DNA of 64,000 nucleotides from Candidatus Kaiserbacteria bacterium (lineage in GTDB: Bacteria; Patescibacteriota; Minisyncoccia; Phycocordibacterales; Phycocordibacteraceae). The notes beneath the pieces are model-generated. The model was not told the origin of the DNA. It made no database searches and saw only the letters and a list, made by a program, of their open reading frames with translations. Numbering within the stretch: position 1 is the stretch's first letter; every line of letters starts with the position of its first letter. The DNA lies in assembly GCA_016182485.1 (NCBI GenBank), contig JACPGH010000003.1, forward strand, positions 6,331 through 70,330. Direction: 5' to 3'. Below are positions 32,741 through 41,371 of this stretch, one piece after another. The translations under genes were made by a program, and so were the position numbers.

Positions 32741-32768
32741 TTGACATGGTAAAGCAAGTGTGTATACT
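32741..32768 (+). promoter_or_regulatory. Sigma70 promoter of DGR target gene
   Basis: TTGACA-16 nt-TATACT. Confidence 0.65.
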
Positions 32769-32842
32769 ATAAAAAGCTAATGAACGCGGTTCCCGTGTTC
32801 AGGGCAGCTATGTACTTTCGTGCTTTCAGAGGAGATGACGCC

Positions 32843-33475
32843 ATGGCGAAAGCTGTGTCCCCATCCGCAGTGAATCCCATTAGCATTGGGCAGGCCGCGA
32901 AGTTCCTCGACCTGCAGATGGCCGCGCTACGCAAGAGCGGCCTGCCGAGCGGACCAACGCAGCAGGTGCTCGAGAGCCAGGGCGCCGCTCTGGCCGACGA
33001 GTTCGTCACATTGGTCCGTAGGCGCGTCGAGGCAATCTCGGATCTAATCGTCCGCGTCGTCGCGAAGGTCGACCGCTCGCGCACGCCGCAGGAGGCACTC
33101 GACGCGACTGGTCGAACGCAGTACGTCGACCGCGGTGTCGCGAAGGCGATGCCGCGTGGCACGGGCGAGGGTGCCAAGACGGAATTTTTCGAGCTCGATC
33201 TCTCGCGGCGCGGCGGATGGATCAGCGACTCTGACCTCGACAAGGAGTACGCGCTCCGTGGCCTCGTCCCCGAGGATCCTTACTCGCTCGCGGCACAGAA
33301 CGAGGCTGATCCGGCCTTCGCCGACGAGCACCCCAACGCCACGCACTGGAAGGATGCGAATGGCAGTTGGTGTTACGCGGCGTTCTTCCTCTGGCGCGAT
33401 GAGCGCTACGTGCGCGTCCACCGCTGCGACAGCGACTGGCTCGACCGCTGGTGGTTCGCCGGTCGCCGCAAGTAG
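32843..33475 (+). CDS. DGR target protein with C-terminal variable region
   Basis: SD AGAGGAG before ATG; 3' end matches TR at 33788-33882 with adenine-specific differences. Confidence 0.9.
   Translation: MAKAVSPSAVNPISIGQAAKFLDLQMAALRKSGLPSGPTQQVLESQGAALADEFVTLVRRRVEAISDLIVRVVAKVDRSRTPQEALDATGRTQYVDRGVAKAMPRGTGEGAKTEFFELDLSRRGGWISDSDLDKEYALRGLVPEDPYSLAAQNEADPAFADEHPNATHWKDANGSWCYAAFFLWRDERYVRVHRCDSDWLDRWWFAGRRK
33377..33471 (+). repeat. DGR variable repeat (VR)
   Basis: 95-nt ungapped alignment to TR; 17 mismatches, 16 opposite TR adenines. Confidence 0.93.
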
Positions 33476-33481
33476 TTCTAG

Positions 33482-33523
33482 GGACTCGATCCTCGGTTCT
33501 TTCAGAACCTTGGGATTGAGTCC
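33482..33523 (+). other. Hairpin just downstream of VR (candidate DGR target-recognition stem-loop)
   Basis: ggactc-gatcc-tc-ggttct-ttc-agaacc-ttg-ggatt-gagtcc imperfect inverted repeat. Confidence 0.65.
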
Positions 33524-33531
33524 TTGCATTC

Positions 33532-33573
33532 GGGCTCCGCATTGCCTCACGGCGTGCGGAGTCCTTTCGTTTT
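33532..33573 (+). terminator. Intrinsic terminator after DGR target gene
   Basis: gggctccgcattgcc-tcac-ggcgtgcggagtcc followed by tttcgtttt. Confidence 0.7.
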
Positions 33574-33589
33574 GATACAATCGATAACG

Positions 33590-33787
33590 GCGCTAGGCGA
33601 ATACGCGGGCGACCACGCGTCTCCCGCTGCCCGCGATCACGGTTTCGAGTAGCGTGGTGTATGTAGACCTTAAAAATTGAAGATACTTGGTGCGGACCTC
33701 TCTGGCATTATAATGCCGAATCAGATACAGCTCGGAGATCGGCAGAGGCCTTCAATGGGCAGTGGTACGGATGGAGGTCCGCACATT
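33590..33787 (+). ncRNA. Structured leader of DGR template RNA (candidate)
   Basis: Interleaved stems 33604-10/33629-35 and 33612-18/33652-58; perfect 11-bp stem 33690-700/33774-784 ending 3 nt before TR. Confidence 0.55.
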
Positions 33788-33882
33788 GCGACGTTCAACC
33801 TCTGGAACGATGAGCGCAACCTGAACGTCAACCGCAACGACAACGACTGGAACGACAACTGGTGGTTCGCCGGTCGCCGCAA
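33788..33882 (+). repeat. DGR template repeat (TR)
   Basis: AAC-rich copy of VR (nine AAC triplets, all altered in VR); identical GC-rich 3' end tggtggttcgccggtcgccgcaa. Confidence 0.93.
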
Positions 33883-33886
33883 CTCT

Positions 33887-34303
33887 TCATTCCCCGGCCC
33901 CGCCCTCATGCGGGGCTTGGTTTTGTTTGGTCAATTGACCATTCCAGCCGCCGAGCATTCTGCCGACCTCCTCAAGCGGAATTGAGAGAGCGGCGTATCG
34001 CTTTGTCTCGAACGAATTTGTTTCCCAGAGCACCATAAGCAGCAGCTTGACGGTATCGAGCTTGCGGATGGCGAGCCGCACCCACGGTTGCTTCTCACTG
34101 CGCTGCAGGACTCCCGCGAATCCGGCGGCCTCGATAACGTCGATAAACAATGCATCAATGCGGTTGCCGAGCGTGTAGCGGTGGAGCTTCGGGAGTTTCT
34201 GATATTCGTACCAAAGCAGATATGCCGCCTTTAATTTCTGCAAAACCGGAAGAATCGTCGGGGGGGGGGGTTGCTCATGGAGTCTTGCATACGACAATAT
34301 CAT
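33887..34303 (-). CDS. avd: Avd-like accessory four-helix-bundle protein (start uncertain: 34303, or 34278 if the G tract is slipped)
   Basis: LPVLQKL...LPKLHRYTLGNRID...LAIRKLDTVKLLL...EEVGRMLGGW; lies between TR and RT. Confidence 0.85.
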   Translation of the reverse strand: MILSYARLHEQPPPPTILPVLQKLKAAYLLWYEYQKLPKLHRYTLGNRIDALFIDVIEAAGFAGVLQRSEKQPWVRLAIRKLDTVKLLLMVLWETNSFETKRYAALSIPLEEVGRMLGGWNGQLTKQNQAPHEGGAGE

Positions 34304-34640
34304 TTCCGTCGAAAACCTGCTTGCCGCATGGCAGGAATTCGCGAAAGGGAAGCGCAAGAAAAGCGATGTGCAGGAATTCGGGCGATATTTGATGCAGAAT
34401 ATTTTGGAGCTACACCGCGACCTTGCGGCCGGCACCTTTAAACACGGCGGGTGCGGACGATTTCGTTATCCTTTCCGCTGAACGAACACAGCTGCTCGAG
34501 TCTCTACGATATATCGTAGTATTTCTCCGCGCCCGTCTGAAACTCACATTGCATCCCGATAAAGTCTCTGTCTAGAGAAGCGACGATTGCCTCATATCTA
34601 GGCATGCTTCGCCATGGCAATACGAACAAACTGCAACAAG
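34281..34640 (+). pseudogene. DGR reverse transcriptase remnant (three fragments, two internal deletions)
   Basis: YDNIISVENLLAAWQEFAKGKRKK...TFKHGG (34281-34451); frame change to ADDFVILS...LKLTLHPDK (34453-34572); frame change to SYLGMLRHGNT (from 34577). Confidence 0.85.
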
Positions 34641-34655
34641 TTCCACTCAATGCCG

Positions 34656-35006
34656 CTAGACTGCTTTCTCAAGCTTGCGGATCCTGCGCTCGTGATCGAA
34701 AATCCGATCCCTATCTCTATCGTGAGCGTCGGAAAGAGATGTGAGTTCATCCTGAATGTCTTAAATCCTATTCTGAACCTTTCCTAACGTACGCTGCACG
34801 TCTCCGAGACGGACATCTATATTATCCATGCGATCATCCATCGCATTAAATCTCTGAGTTGTTCTTCCCTCGAAATTGTCAACGCGTTTCTCTACGGTAT
34901 CAAATCGCTTATCTACGGTATCAAACCGCTCATTCATTACCGCAAGCACTTCGCCGAGTGTCGGTTCGGGTATAGCAGCTTTTCTTATCCGCTTCATGTC
35001 TGCCAT
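34656..35006 (-). pseudogene. Coiled-coil protein with probable premature TAA at 34761-34763
   Basis: Heptad repeats RFDTVDK-RFDTVEK; frame continues past the stop as DIQDELTSL...HERRIRKLEKAV*. Confidence 0.6.
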
Positions 35007-35037
35007 TGTATCACCCTCACCAAACGGATTGCGGGTG

Positions 35038-35832
35038 CTACCGCGTTCCGGAGTGGGCGGGGCGGCGCTCTTGCTCAAGGCTCTTGCGCAGGGCTTCCAT
35101 GAGATTCCGCATATCGGTCGGGACGGGAGCTTCTTCTTCGGATACCTTGATCGGCTTGCCTTTCGCCTTGCGGGCGATAACTTTCTTCAGATCGCCGGTA
35201 TAGGTGTCCTTATATTGGCTCGCGTCGAAATGTTCCTCGAGCTGCTTGATGAATGCGACGGTAAGGTCGAATTCTTTGCTTGAAAATTTAGTAGATTCGG
35301 GGATATGCAGGTCTGTAGGCTTGCGTAATTCCTCTTCGAATCGCAGGCGGATGAGCATGAGCGCCTTGCCCTCGGGCTTGAGCATGGCGATATGCTCGCG
35401 GTCTTTCAGAACGAACGTGCCTATGCCGACCTTTTTAGAACGCGCCAGCGCTTCGCGCAGGAGCACGTACGCTTTCTCGGCGCTCGGATCCGGCTCCAGA
35501 TAATACGGCTTTTCTATGAACCGGCTTTCTACCTCCTCCTCGTTCGCGAAGCTCTGCACGTCGATCGTCTTGGTCTTCTTGGGCGCCGCTTTCTCGAAAT
35601 CCTCATCGGTCAGTATCACATAATCGCCCTTCTGATATTCGTAGCCTTTTACGATATCTTCGGGTTTCACCTCCTCATTCGTCCCGCGACATACCTTGAG
35701 GTAGCTGATGGGGCAGTGCCCATGCTTGTCGAGCAGGCGGAACGAGAGCGCCCGCTCCTCGCTCGCGTTGTAAAGCTTTACGGGTATGGATACTAGGCCG
35801 AAAGTAAGCGCGCCTGACCAGATTGCTCTCAT
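35038..35832 (-). CDS. ku: NHEJ Ku protein
   Basis: MRAIWSGALTFGLVSIPVKLY, IVKGYEY, PYYLEP, NLMEALRKSL. Confidence 0.95.
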   Translation of the reverse strand: MRAIWSGALTFGLVSIPVKLYNASEERALSFRLLDKHGHCPISYLKVCRGTNEEVKPEDIVKGYEYQKGDYVILTDEDFEKAAPKKTKTIDVQSFANEEEVESRFIEKPYYLEPDPSAEKAYVLLREALARSKKVGIGTFVLKDREHIAMLKPEGKALMLIRLRFEEELRKPTDLHIPESTKFSSKEFDLTVAFIKQLEEHFDASQYKDTYTGDLKKVIARKAKGKPIKVSEEEAPVPTDMRNLMEALRKSLEQERRPAHSGTR

Positions 35833-35911
35833 ATAACTACTATGACCCGCCCCGAATGACGGTTCGATGAATCAGGATAAGTGGAACGTTTTCCACATGG
35901 TCATGGCCATA

Positions 35912-35993
35912 TATACCCCCCTCAGGGTATACTGGCCGTATACCATCTTTCGTATGGAAAAACTTTGACCAATACCCCCATAGGGTATATACT
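35912..35993 (+). promoter_or_regulatory. CsoR-type operators and promoter
   Basis: TATACCCCCCTCAGGGTATA (35912-31) and ATACCCCCATAGGGTAT (35972-88); the second lies between TTGACC and TATACT (17-nt spacer). Confidence 0.8.
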
Positions 35994-36000
35994 TTGAGAC

Positions 36001-36273
36001 ATGGAATATATGCCCAAAACGGAGAAAGGGAAACTTGTGCGCCGGCTCAAGATTATCGAGGGGCAGGTGCGGGGGCTTGTCGCGATGATCGAACGGGACA
36101 CCTATTGCATCGACGTCATAACTCAGACTTCGGCGGTGAAGCAAGGACTTTCCACGGCAGAGGACCTGCTCATGAGGAATCACCTGAATAACTGCGTCCG
36201 GAACCAAATGTCGTCAGGGCAGGCGCTAAAAGCCGTTAGCGAGGTTATGAAGGTGTATAAATTGAAGAAATAG
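36001..36273 (+). CDS. csoR: CsoR/RcnR family metal-sensing repressor
   Basis: [12 protein letters not shown]...YCIDVITQ...HLNNC (C-H-C ligands). Confidence 0.93.
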   Translation: MEYMPKTEKGKLVRRLKIIEGQVRGLVAMIERDTYCIDVITQTSAVKQGLSTAEDLLMRNHLNNCVRNQMSSGQALKAVSEVMKVYKLKK

Positions 36274-36280
36274 CACTTGC

Positions 36281-38845
36281 ATGAAAACACAAACATATAA
36301 GATCCACGGTATGCACTGCGCGAGCTGTGTGGCGGTCATCGAGCGCGTACTTGGCAGAACGGTCGGCGTCCGCTCCGCCTCCGTAAATTTCGCTGCCGAA
36401 TCCGCCCTAGTCGAATTCGATGAAAAGGCGGTTTCAGAGCCGCAACTTGCCGAAGCGGTCGCTTCCGCCGGCTATCATCTGATCACCGGCGCAACTGATG
36501 GACAAACTGATGGACACGTCGCGTCCATCAAAGCTGAAGGACACGACGTGTCTACAACCCGGACCATTTCAATCCAAGTGCTCGGTATGGATTCGCCGCA
36601 TTGCGCCATGGTCGTAGAGGGCGCGCTCAAGAATCTGCCCGGCATACGGAACTCCGAACTGGATTTCGCCAACCAGCGGGCGAAGATTTCTTTCGACTCC
36701 CCGTTGACCGCAGAGCAAATTTTCGCAGTGATCCGTGACGCCGGATACAAGCCCTTTCTTGAGGAGGGGAGGGCAGAAGACCTTTTGGACAGGGAGAAAG
36801 TCGAACGGGAACAAGAGGCGCGGATCATGAGGCGCAAGCTTGCGGTAGGGGGAATTCTGGCGGTGCTCGTATTTCTCGGCAGCTTCCCGCAATGGTTCCC
36901 GTTCATGCCCGAGATAGCAAGGAATCCCTGGACCCTGCTCCTCCTCACCGCCCCGATCCAGTTCTGGGTCGGTTCGCAATTCTATAACGGGCTCAAATTG
37001 CTGGTGAAATACCGGACGGCTGACATGAACACGCTGGTTGCCATCGGCACTCTCTCCGCATTTCTTTACAGCGCGGCAGTCACGGCCTTTCCAGACTTCT
37101 TCATGCGGGGCGGTATCGCGCCCGAGTTATACTTCGACACCTCGGCCATAATCATCGTTCTTATCCTCTTGGGAAAGTATTTTGAGATCCAGATGAAAGG
37201 CCGAGCTTCAGAAGCGATAAAGAAGCTCATCGGACTACAGCCGAAGACGGCTATAGTCCTTCGGGATGCAAAAGAAGTTGAGATACCCATCATCGAAGTC
37301 GTCCCTGGAGACAGAGTCATCGTCCGCCCCGGGGAGCGCATACCGGTAGACGGGAAGATTCTCGACGGAGAATCTGAAGTGGACGAGTCAATGCTCACCG
37401 GAGAATCTATGCCCGTTCATAAAAAGGCGGGGAGCATGGTCATCGGGAGCACGATAAACAAATTCGGTACCTTTAGCTTTGAGGCCGCCAAAGTCGGCAA
37501 GGACACCATTCTTGCGAGGATAATAAAGATGGTGGAAGAAGCTCAGGGCTCTAAAGCGCCGATCCAGCGGTTGGCGGACCTTATTTCCTCTTATTTCGTG
37601 CCGGCAGTTCTCGGTATTGCGATCGCCACCTTTGGCGTCTGGCTCTTTTTCGGCCCGGCACCAGCCTTCACGTTCGCTCTAGTTAATTTTGTAGCAGTTC
37701 TCATCATCGCCTGCCCGTGCGCGCTCGGCCTCGCCACGCCAATGGCTATCATGGTTTCTGCTGGCAGCGCCGCCGGGAAGGGGATACTGATAAAAGACGC
37801 GGCTTCGCTCGAGATCGCGAACAAAATCAACACGGTCGTCCTCGATAAGACAGGCACGCTCACGGTGGGGAAGCCGGAGTTGACCGATATCGTCGCCTGG
37901 AATAACGCGCAGCAGCCGGAGGTTCTTCACTATGCCGCGTCGCTCGAGCAGAGGTCGGAGCATCCGCTCGCGCAAGCCATTCTGCAATATGCCGCGAGCC
38001 TGGATCAGAAATCGTCGCATCCTTTGGATAGCGCGATCATCGCCGAAGGCGCAAAGGAGAAGCTCGCTCTCTACCGGCTGGAAGATTTTCAGGCTATTTC
38101 CGGTAAGGGTTTGCGCGGGTATTTGTTCGACGGTTCGCAGAAATATGAAGCGCATCTCGGTAACCGGAGCCTTATGGAAGATATAGGGCTTTCGACTGCG
38201 CCGTACGAAAAAACGATTGCCGATCTCGAGAGCCAGGGGAAGACCGTCATGATCCTCGCGGCAGAAAGAGAGATCAAGGGCGCGCTCGCGGTGGCGGATG
38301 TGCTGAAGAAAGAATCTGCCGCCGCAGTCCGAACGCTCAGGAAAAAAGGCATAGACGTCTGGATGCTTACGGGAGACAACGAGCGCACGGCTCGCGCTAT
38401 CGCGAAAGAAGCCGGAATAGAGAATGTAATGAGCGGCGTTCTCCCCGATCAGAAAGCGCTCAAAATACGCGAACTGCAGACGGCGGGGAATATCGTCGCG
38501 ATGGTGGGCGACGGCATAAATGATGCGCCGGCGCTCACGCAGGCGAATATCGGCATCGCCATGGGAGAAGGCACGGATATCGCGATGGAATCAGCGAACA
38601 TAACGCTTATGCGCGGGGACCTGAGGCTTATTCCGGAAGTGATCCAACTCTCGCAGCGGACTTTGCGGATAGTCAAGCAGAACCTGTTCTGGGCCTTCTT
38701 CTACAACATCGCGTTCATCCCCGTCGCGGCAGGAGTCTTATATCCGTTTTTCGGCCTCCTGCTCAATCCGATCTTCGCGGGCGCCGCCATGGCCGCGAGC
38801 AGCATCAGCGTAGTGCTCAATTCCCTGCGGCTTCGGAGTGTATAG
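36281..38845 (+). CDS. copA: Cu(I)-translocating P1B ATPase
   Basis: [39 protein letters not shown] and MAASS motifs. Confidence 0.95.
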   Translation: MKTQTYKIHGMHCASCVAVIERVLGRTVGVRSASVNFAAESALVEFDEKAVSEPQLAEAVASAGYHLITGATDGQTDGHVASIKAEGHDVSTTRTISIQVLGMDSPHCAMVVEGALKNLPGIRNSELDFANQRAKISFDSPLTAEQIFAVIRDAGYKPFLEEGRAEDLLDREKVEREQEARIMRRKLAVGGILAVLVFLGSFPQWFPFMPEIARNPWTLLLLTAPIQFWVGSQFYNGLKLLVKYRTADMNTLVAIGTLSAFLYSAAVTAFPDFFMRGGIAPELYFDTSAIIIVLILLGKYFEIQMKGRASEAIKKLIGLQPKTAIVLRDAKEVEIPIIEVVPGDRVIVRPGERIPVDGKILDGESEVDESMLTGESMPVHKKAGSMVIGSTINKFGTFSFEAAKVGKDTILARIIKMVEEAQGSKAPIQRLADLISSYFVPAVLGIAIATFGVWLFFGPAPAFTFALVNFVAVLIIACPCALGLATPMAIMVSAGSAAGKGILIKDAASLEIANKINTVVLDKTGTLTVGKPELTDIVAWNNAQQPEVLHYAASLEQRSEHPLAQAILQYAASLDQKSSHPLDSAIIAEGAKEKLALYRLEDFQAISGKGLRGYLFDGSQKYEAHLGNRSLMEDIGLSTAPYEKTIADLESQGKTVMILAAEREIKGALAVADVLKKESAAAVRTLRKKGIDVWMLTGDNERTARAIAKEAGIENVMSGVLPDQKALKIRELQTAGNIVAMVGDGINDAPALTQANIGIAMGEGTDIAMESANITLMRGDLRLIPEVIQLSQRTLRIVKQNLFWAFFYNIAFIPVAAGVLYPFFGLLLNPIFAGAAMAASSISVVLNSLRLRSV

Positions 38846-39037
38846 GTTCCGAAACATTTATGCCCGGAGCCGTTACAAGATATGCATCCCTATTTTCGAG
38901 CGGTCGCCTAAAAATAGGGATAATGCCGGGATTCACAGGGACCGTGTAGTTTATTGACGGCAGGGCATGATCCGTGGTATTCTGTTTTGCAGAAAGTTCG
39001 CACCCATAACAGCAAAAAAGGAGAAGGAGGGGAAGTC

Positions 39038-39505
39038 ATGACGGCCGAAAGACTCCTGTACCTCATTGGCTCAGTGCCGGTGCCTGCGCTTCCGGAGTTC
39101 GTCGCCGCGGAGAAGTTCCGAGTCGGTGAGACGACCGACGGCCTCACCGTCGGCTGGCTCGACGACAACTTCAAGAAGCACTTCCTCGGCAAGATCGAGG
39201 AAGCAGTCGAGGCGGCGGAGCTGCGCGTGCACGAGCTCATCAAGCCCTCGCGCGACCCGGCTCTTATCGCCGAGCTCGGCGGCGGGGACAAGGCCGAAAT
39301 CAGCCTCGGCCAGTTCTGGCACTTCCTCACGAAGGCTAACCGTGTCCGCTGGTGGGTCTGTTGGTACTGCGCCCACATCCGCGACCTGGACAGAGTGCTC
39401 TGGGTTGTGAGCGCGTCCTGGGGTGGCGTCGACCTTCGCGTCGCGGTCCGTTCGGTTGACAACCCGTTCAGGTTGGACGCGGGCCGCCGATTTCTCTCCC
39501 GCTGA
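39038..39505 (+). CDS. Hypothetical protein, probable remote DGR target
   Basis: Own promoter (TTGACG-18-TATTCT) and SD AAGGAGG; C-terminus ...SASWGGVDLRVAVRSVDNPFRLDAGRRFLSR rich in NNC/NNT codons; downstream hairpins. Confidence 0.6.
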   Translation: MTAERLLYLIGSVPVPALPEFVAAEKFRVGETTDGLTVGWLDDNFKKHFLGKIEEAVEAAELRVHELIKPSRDPALIAELGGGDKAEISLGQFWHFLTKANRVRWWVCWYCAHIRDLDRVLWVVSASWGGVDLRVAVRSVDNPFRLDAGRRFLSR

Positions 39506-39624
39506 TTCTGCAGCGCTCTGACATTTGACCCGCTGTACCTTGGGCTCTTTGAACCTTTGCGAAGCAATTCGCGGAGCGTAGGAGAGCCCATCTGTTTTGT
39601 ATAACGTGCTATACTAATGCCACG

Positions 39625-40017
39625 ATGGATTTAGCATCCAAAAAGTTTGTCGCGCCGCTCGCTCTCGCGGTATTTCTTTTCGCCGCGCTGTTCGGATTCG
39701 CGGCGATGGGGGCGCACATGCAAGAGGGCTGTTCATTAATAGTCTCGGGAGCGGCGCCGTGCCCGGAAAATATCGTGGCCGTCGCGGTGCACCACTTATC
39801 TGCGTACCAAACTTTCAGTCACGTGCCGCTCGATTTTGGCGTCCTCTTTTTATTGGAAATCCTCCTCTTCGCCGCATTTGCCGCGGCGGTGTTCAAAATA
39901 TCACCGCCTCTTGCCGCCGTCCCAGCATATTTTCCGCACGGGCCTCCGCAGTCTATCCTTTCCAGACAAAAACTCACGCGCTGGCTTTCTCTTCTCGAAC
40001 ATAGTCCTTCTTTTTAA
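39625..40017 (+). CDS. Hypothetical membrane protein
   Basis: Two hydrophobic segments, Cys/His residues, C-terminal WLSLLEHSPS. Confidence 0.65.
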   Translation: MDLASKKFVAPLALAVFLFAALFGFAAMGAHMQEGCSLIVSGAAPCPENIVAVAVHHLSAYQTFSHVPLDFGVLFLLEILLFAAFAAAVFKISPPLAAVPAYFPHGPPQSILSRQKLTRWLSLLEHSPSF

Positions 40018-40075
40018 TCGCGAAGCTCGCCTCTCAGCGAGCGATTCCGGGCGCTTATTCGTTTCCTATCTATCT

Positions 40076-40582
40076 ATGAAAATAAGCCTCATCAGCATCG
40101 TTGCAGCGGTTCTGCTCGTACTCGTCGGGCTCTTCTTGTGGGGATACTCGGGCGGCGCGGCAGGCACATCCAACCCTTCTCTCTCCGGCGCAGAGAGCGC
40201 GCTCGTCGCGGCCGAGAAATCCTACGACTTCGGCACCATATCGATGAAGAATGGGAACGTCACGAAAGACTTCGTAATCACCAATCCTACGCAGGCAGAC
40301 CTTAAGGTAGCTTCAGTTAGCACTTCGTGCATGTGCACCAACGCGTACATCGTTAAACCGGACGGCAGCTTGAAGGGGCCCTTCGGCATGGCCGGCCATG
40401 GCGGATTCGTGCCGCCGGCAAATGAAGTGATCGAAGCGGGCGGCAGCCGTACGATCCGCGTCGTTTATGATCCGAACGCGCACGGACCGGCAGGCGTCGG
40501 GAAGATAGACCGGTTCGTGACCCTGGCGGATTCCGCCGGCAATACGCTAGACCTCGAGATACAGGCGCTCGTTACCCCATAG
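40076..40582 (+). CDS. DUF1573-like Ig-fold exported protein
   Basis: N-terminal TM; YDFGTISM...TSCMCT...YDPNAHGP. Confidence 0.8.
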   Translation: MKISLISIVAAVLLVLVGLFLWGYSGGAAGTSNPSLSGAESALVAAEKSYDFGTISMKNGNVTKDFVITNPTQADLKVASVSTSCMCTNAYIVKPDGSLKGPFGMAGHGGFVPPANEVIEAGGSRTIRVVYDPNAHGPAGVGKIDRFVTLADSAGNTLDLEIQALVTP

Positions 40583-40584
40583 GC

Positions 40585-41367
40585 ATGAAACGGATATCCA
40601 TTATCGGAGGCGCCATCGCGCTCTTCATCCTCGCTGTACTTATCCTGAAATTGAACCCGACAACCTCGACGCTCATCTGGAATGCGAGCAACGGGGGCGC
40701 CTGGCTCTTACCGCTCGTTCTTGCGTCGGCCCTACTCGACAGCGTGCATCCTTGCTCGTTCTCGATCCTTCTCATCACGATCGCCTTCCTCTTCGGACTC
40801 CAGATGACGCGGGAAAAGATATTGCGTATCGGCGGCACGTATATAGCGGGCATATTTGCCGCGTACCTGCTTATCGGACTCGGTATTCTCCAGGTGCTGC
40901 ACTTATTCAATACGCCGCACTTCATGGGGAAGCTGGGGGCTCTGCTGCTCGTACTCTTCGGCGTGGTCAATCTTGTGAATCGGTTCTTCCCTAAGACGCC
41001 GATCAAGCTCTCCATCCCGCAAGCCGCGCATCGGCCTATGGCGCGCCTTATGGAGCAGACTTCATATGTTGCGGCATTCGGGCTCGGGGCGCTCGTCGGC
41101 ATCTGCCAATTCCCCTGCATGGGCGGTCCGTACCTCATGGTGATCGGGCTTCTGCGCGACAAGATGACTTATTTGGCGGGATTCTGGTATTTAGTCCTCT
41201 ATAACGCCATCCTTATCGTTCCACTCGCGCTCGTGCTGTGGTTCTCGGCGGATAAGGCGGTTGTGGATAAATTCCAAGCATGGAAGCGGGACAATCTCTC
41301 TCGCGTGCGGCTAATCGCCGGCATCGCGATGATAGGATTAGGGAGTCTGATTTTCTTCGTCGCATAG
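40585..41367 (+). CDS. CcdA/DsbD-like transmembrane thiol-redox protein
   Basis: DSVHPCSF and CQFPCMGGPY paired Cys motifs in a multi-TM protein. Confidence 0.8.
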   Translation: MKRISIIGGAIALFILAVLILKLNPTTSTLIWNASNGGAWLLPLVLASALLDSVHPCSFSILLITIAFLFGLQMTREKILRIGGTYIAGIFAAYLLIGLGILQVLHLFNTPHFMGKLGALLLVLFGVVNLVNRFFPKTPIKLSIPQAAHRPMARLMEQTSYVAAFGLGALVGICQFPCMGGPYLMVIGLLRDKMTYLAGFWYLVLYNAILIVPLALVLWFSADKAVVDKFQAWKRDNLSRVRLIAGIAMIGLGSLIFFVA

Positions 41368-41371
41368 CAGT

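Noticed and set aside
33677-33985. 102-aa ORF with Asn-rich NLWNDERNLNVNRNDNDWNDNWW
   Set aside because: It is the translation of the DGR template repeat and overlaps avd antisense; probably not a protein.
34281-34640. Group II intron or retron RT
   Set aside because: Adjacent TR/VR pair and Avd point to a DGR; no intron domain V or msr/msd inverted repeats seen.
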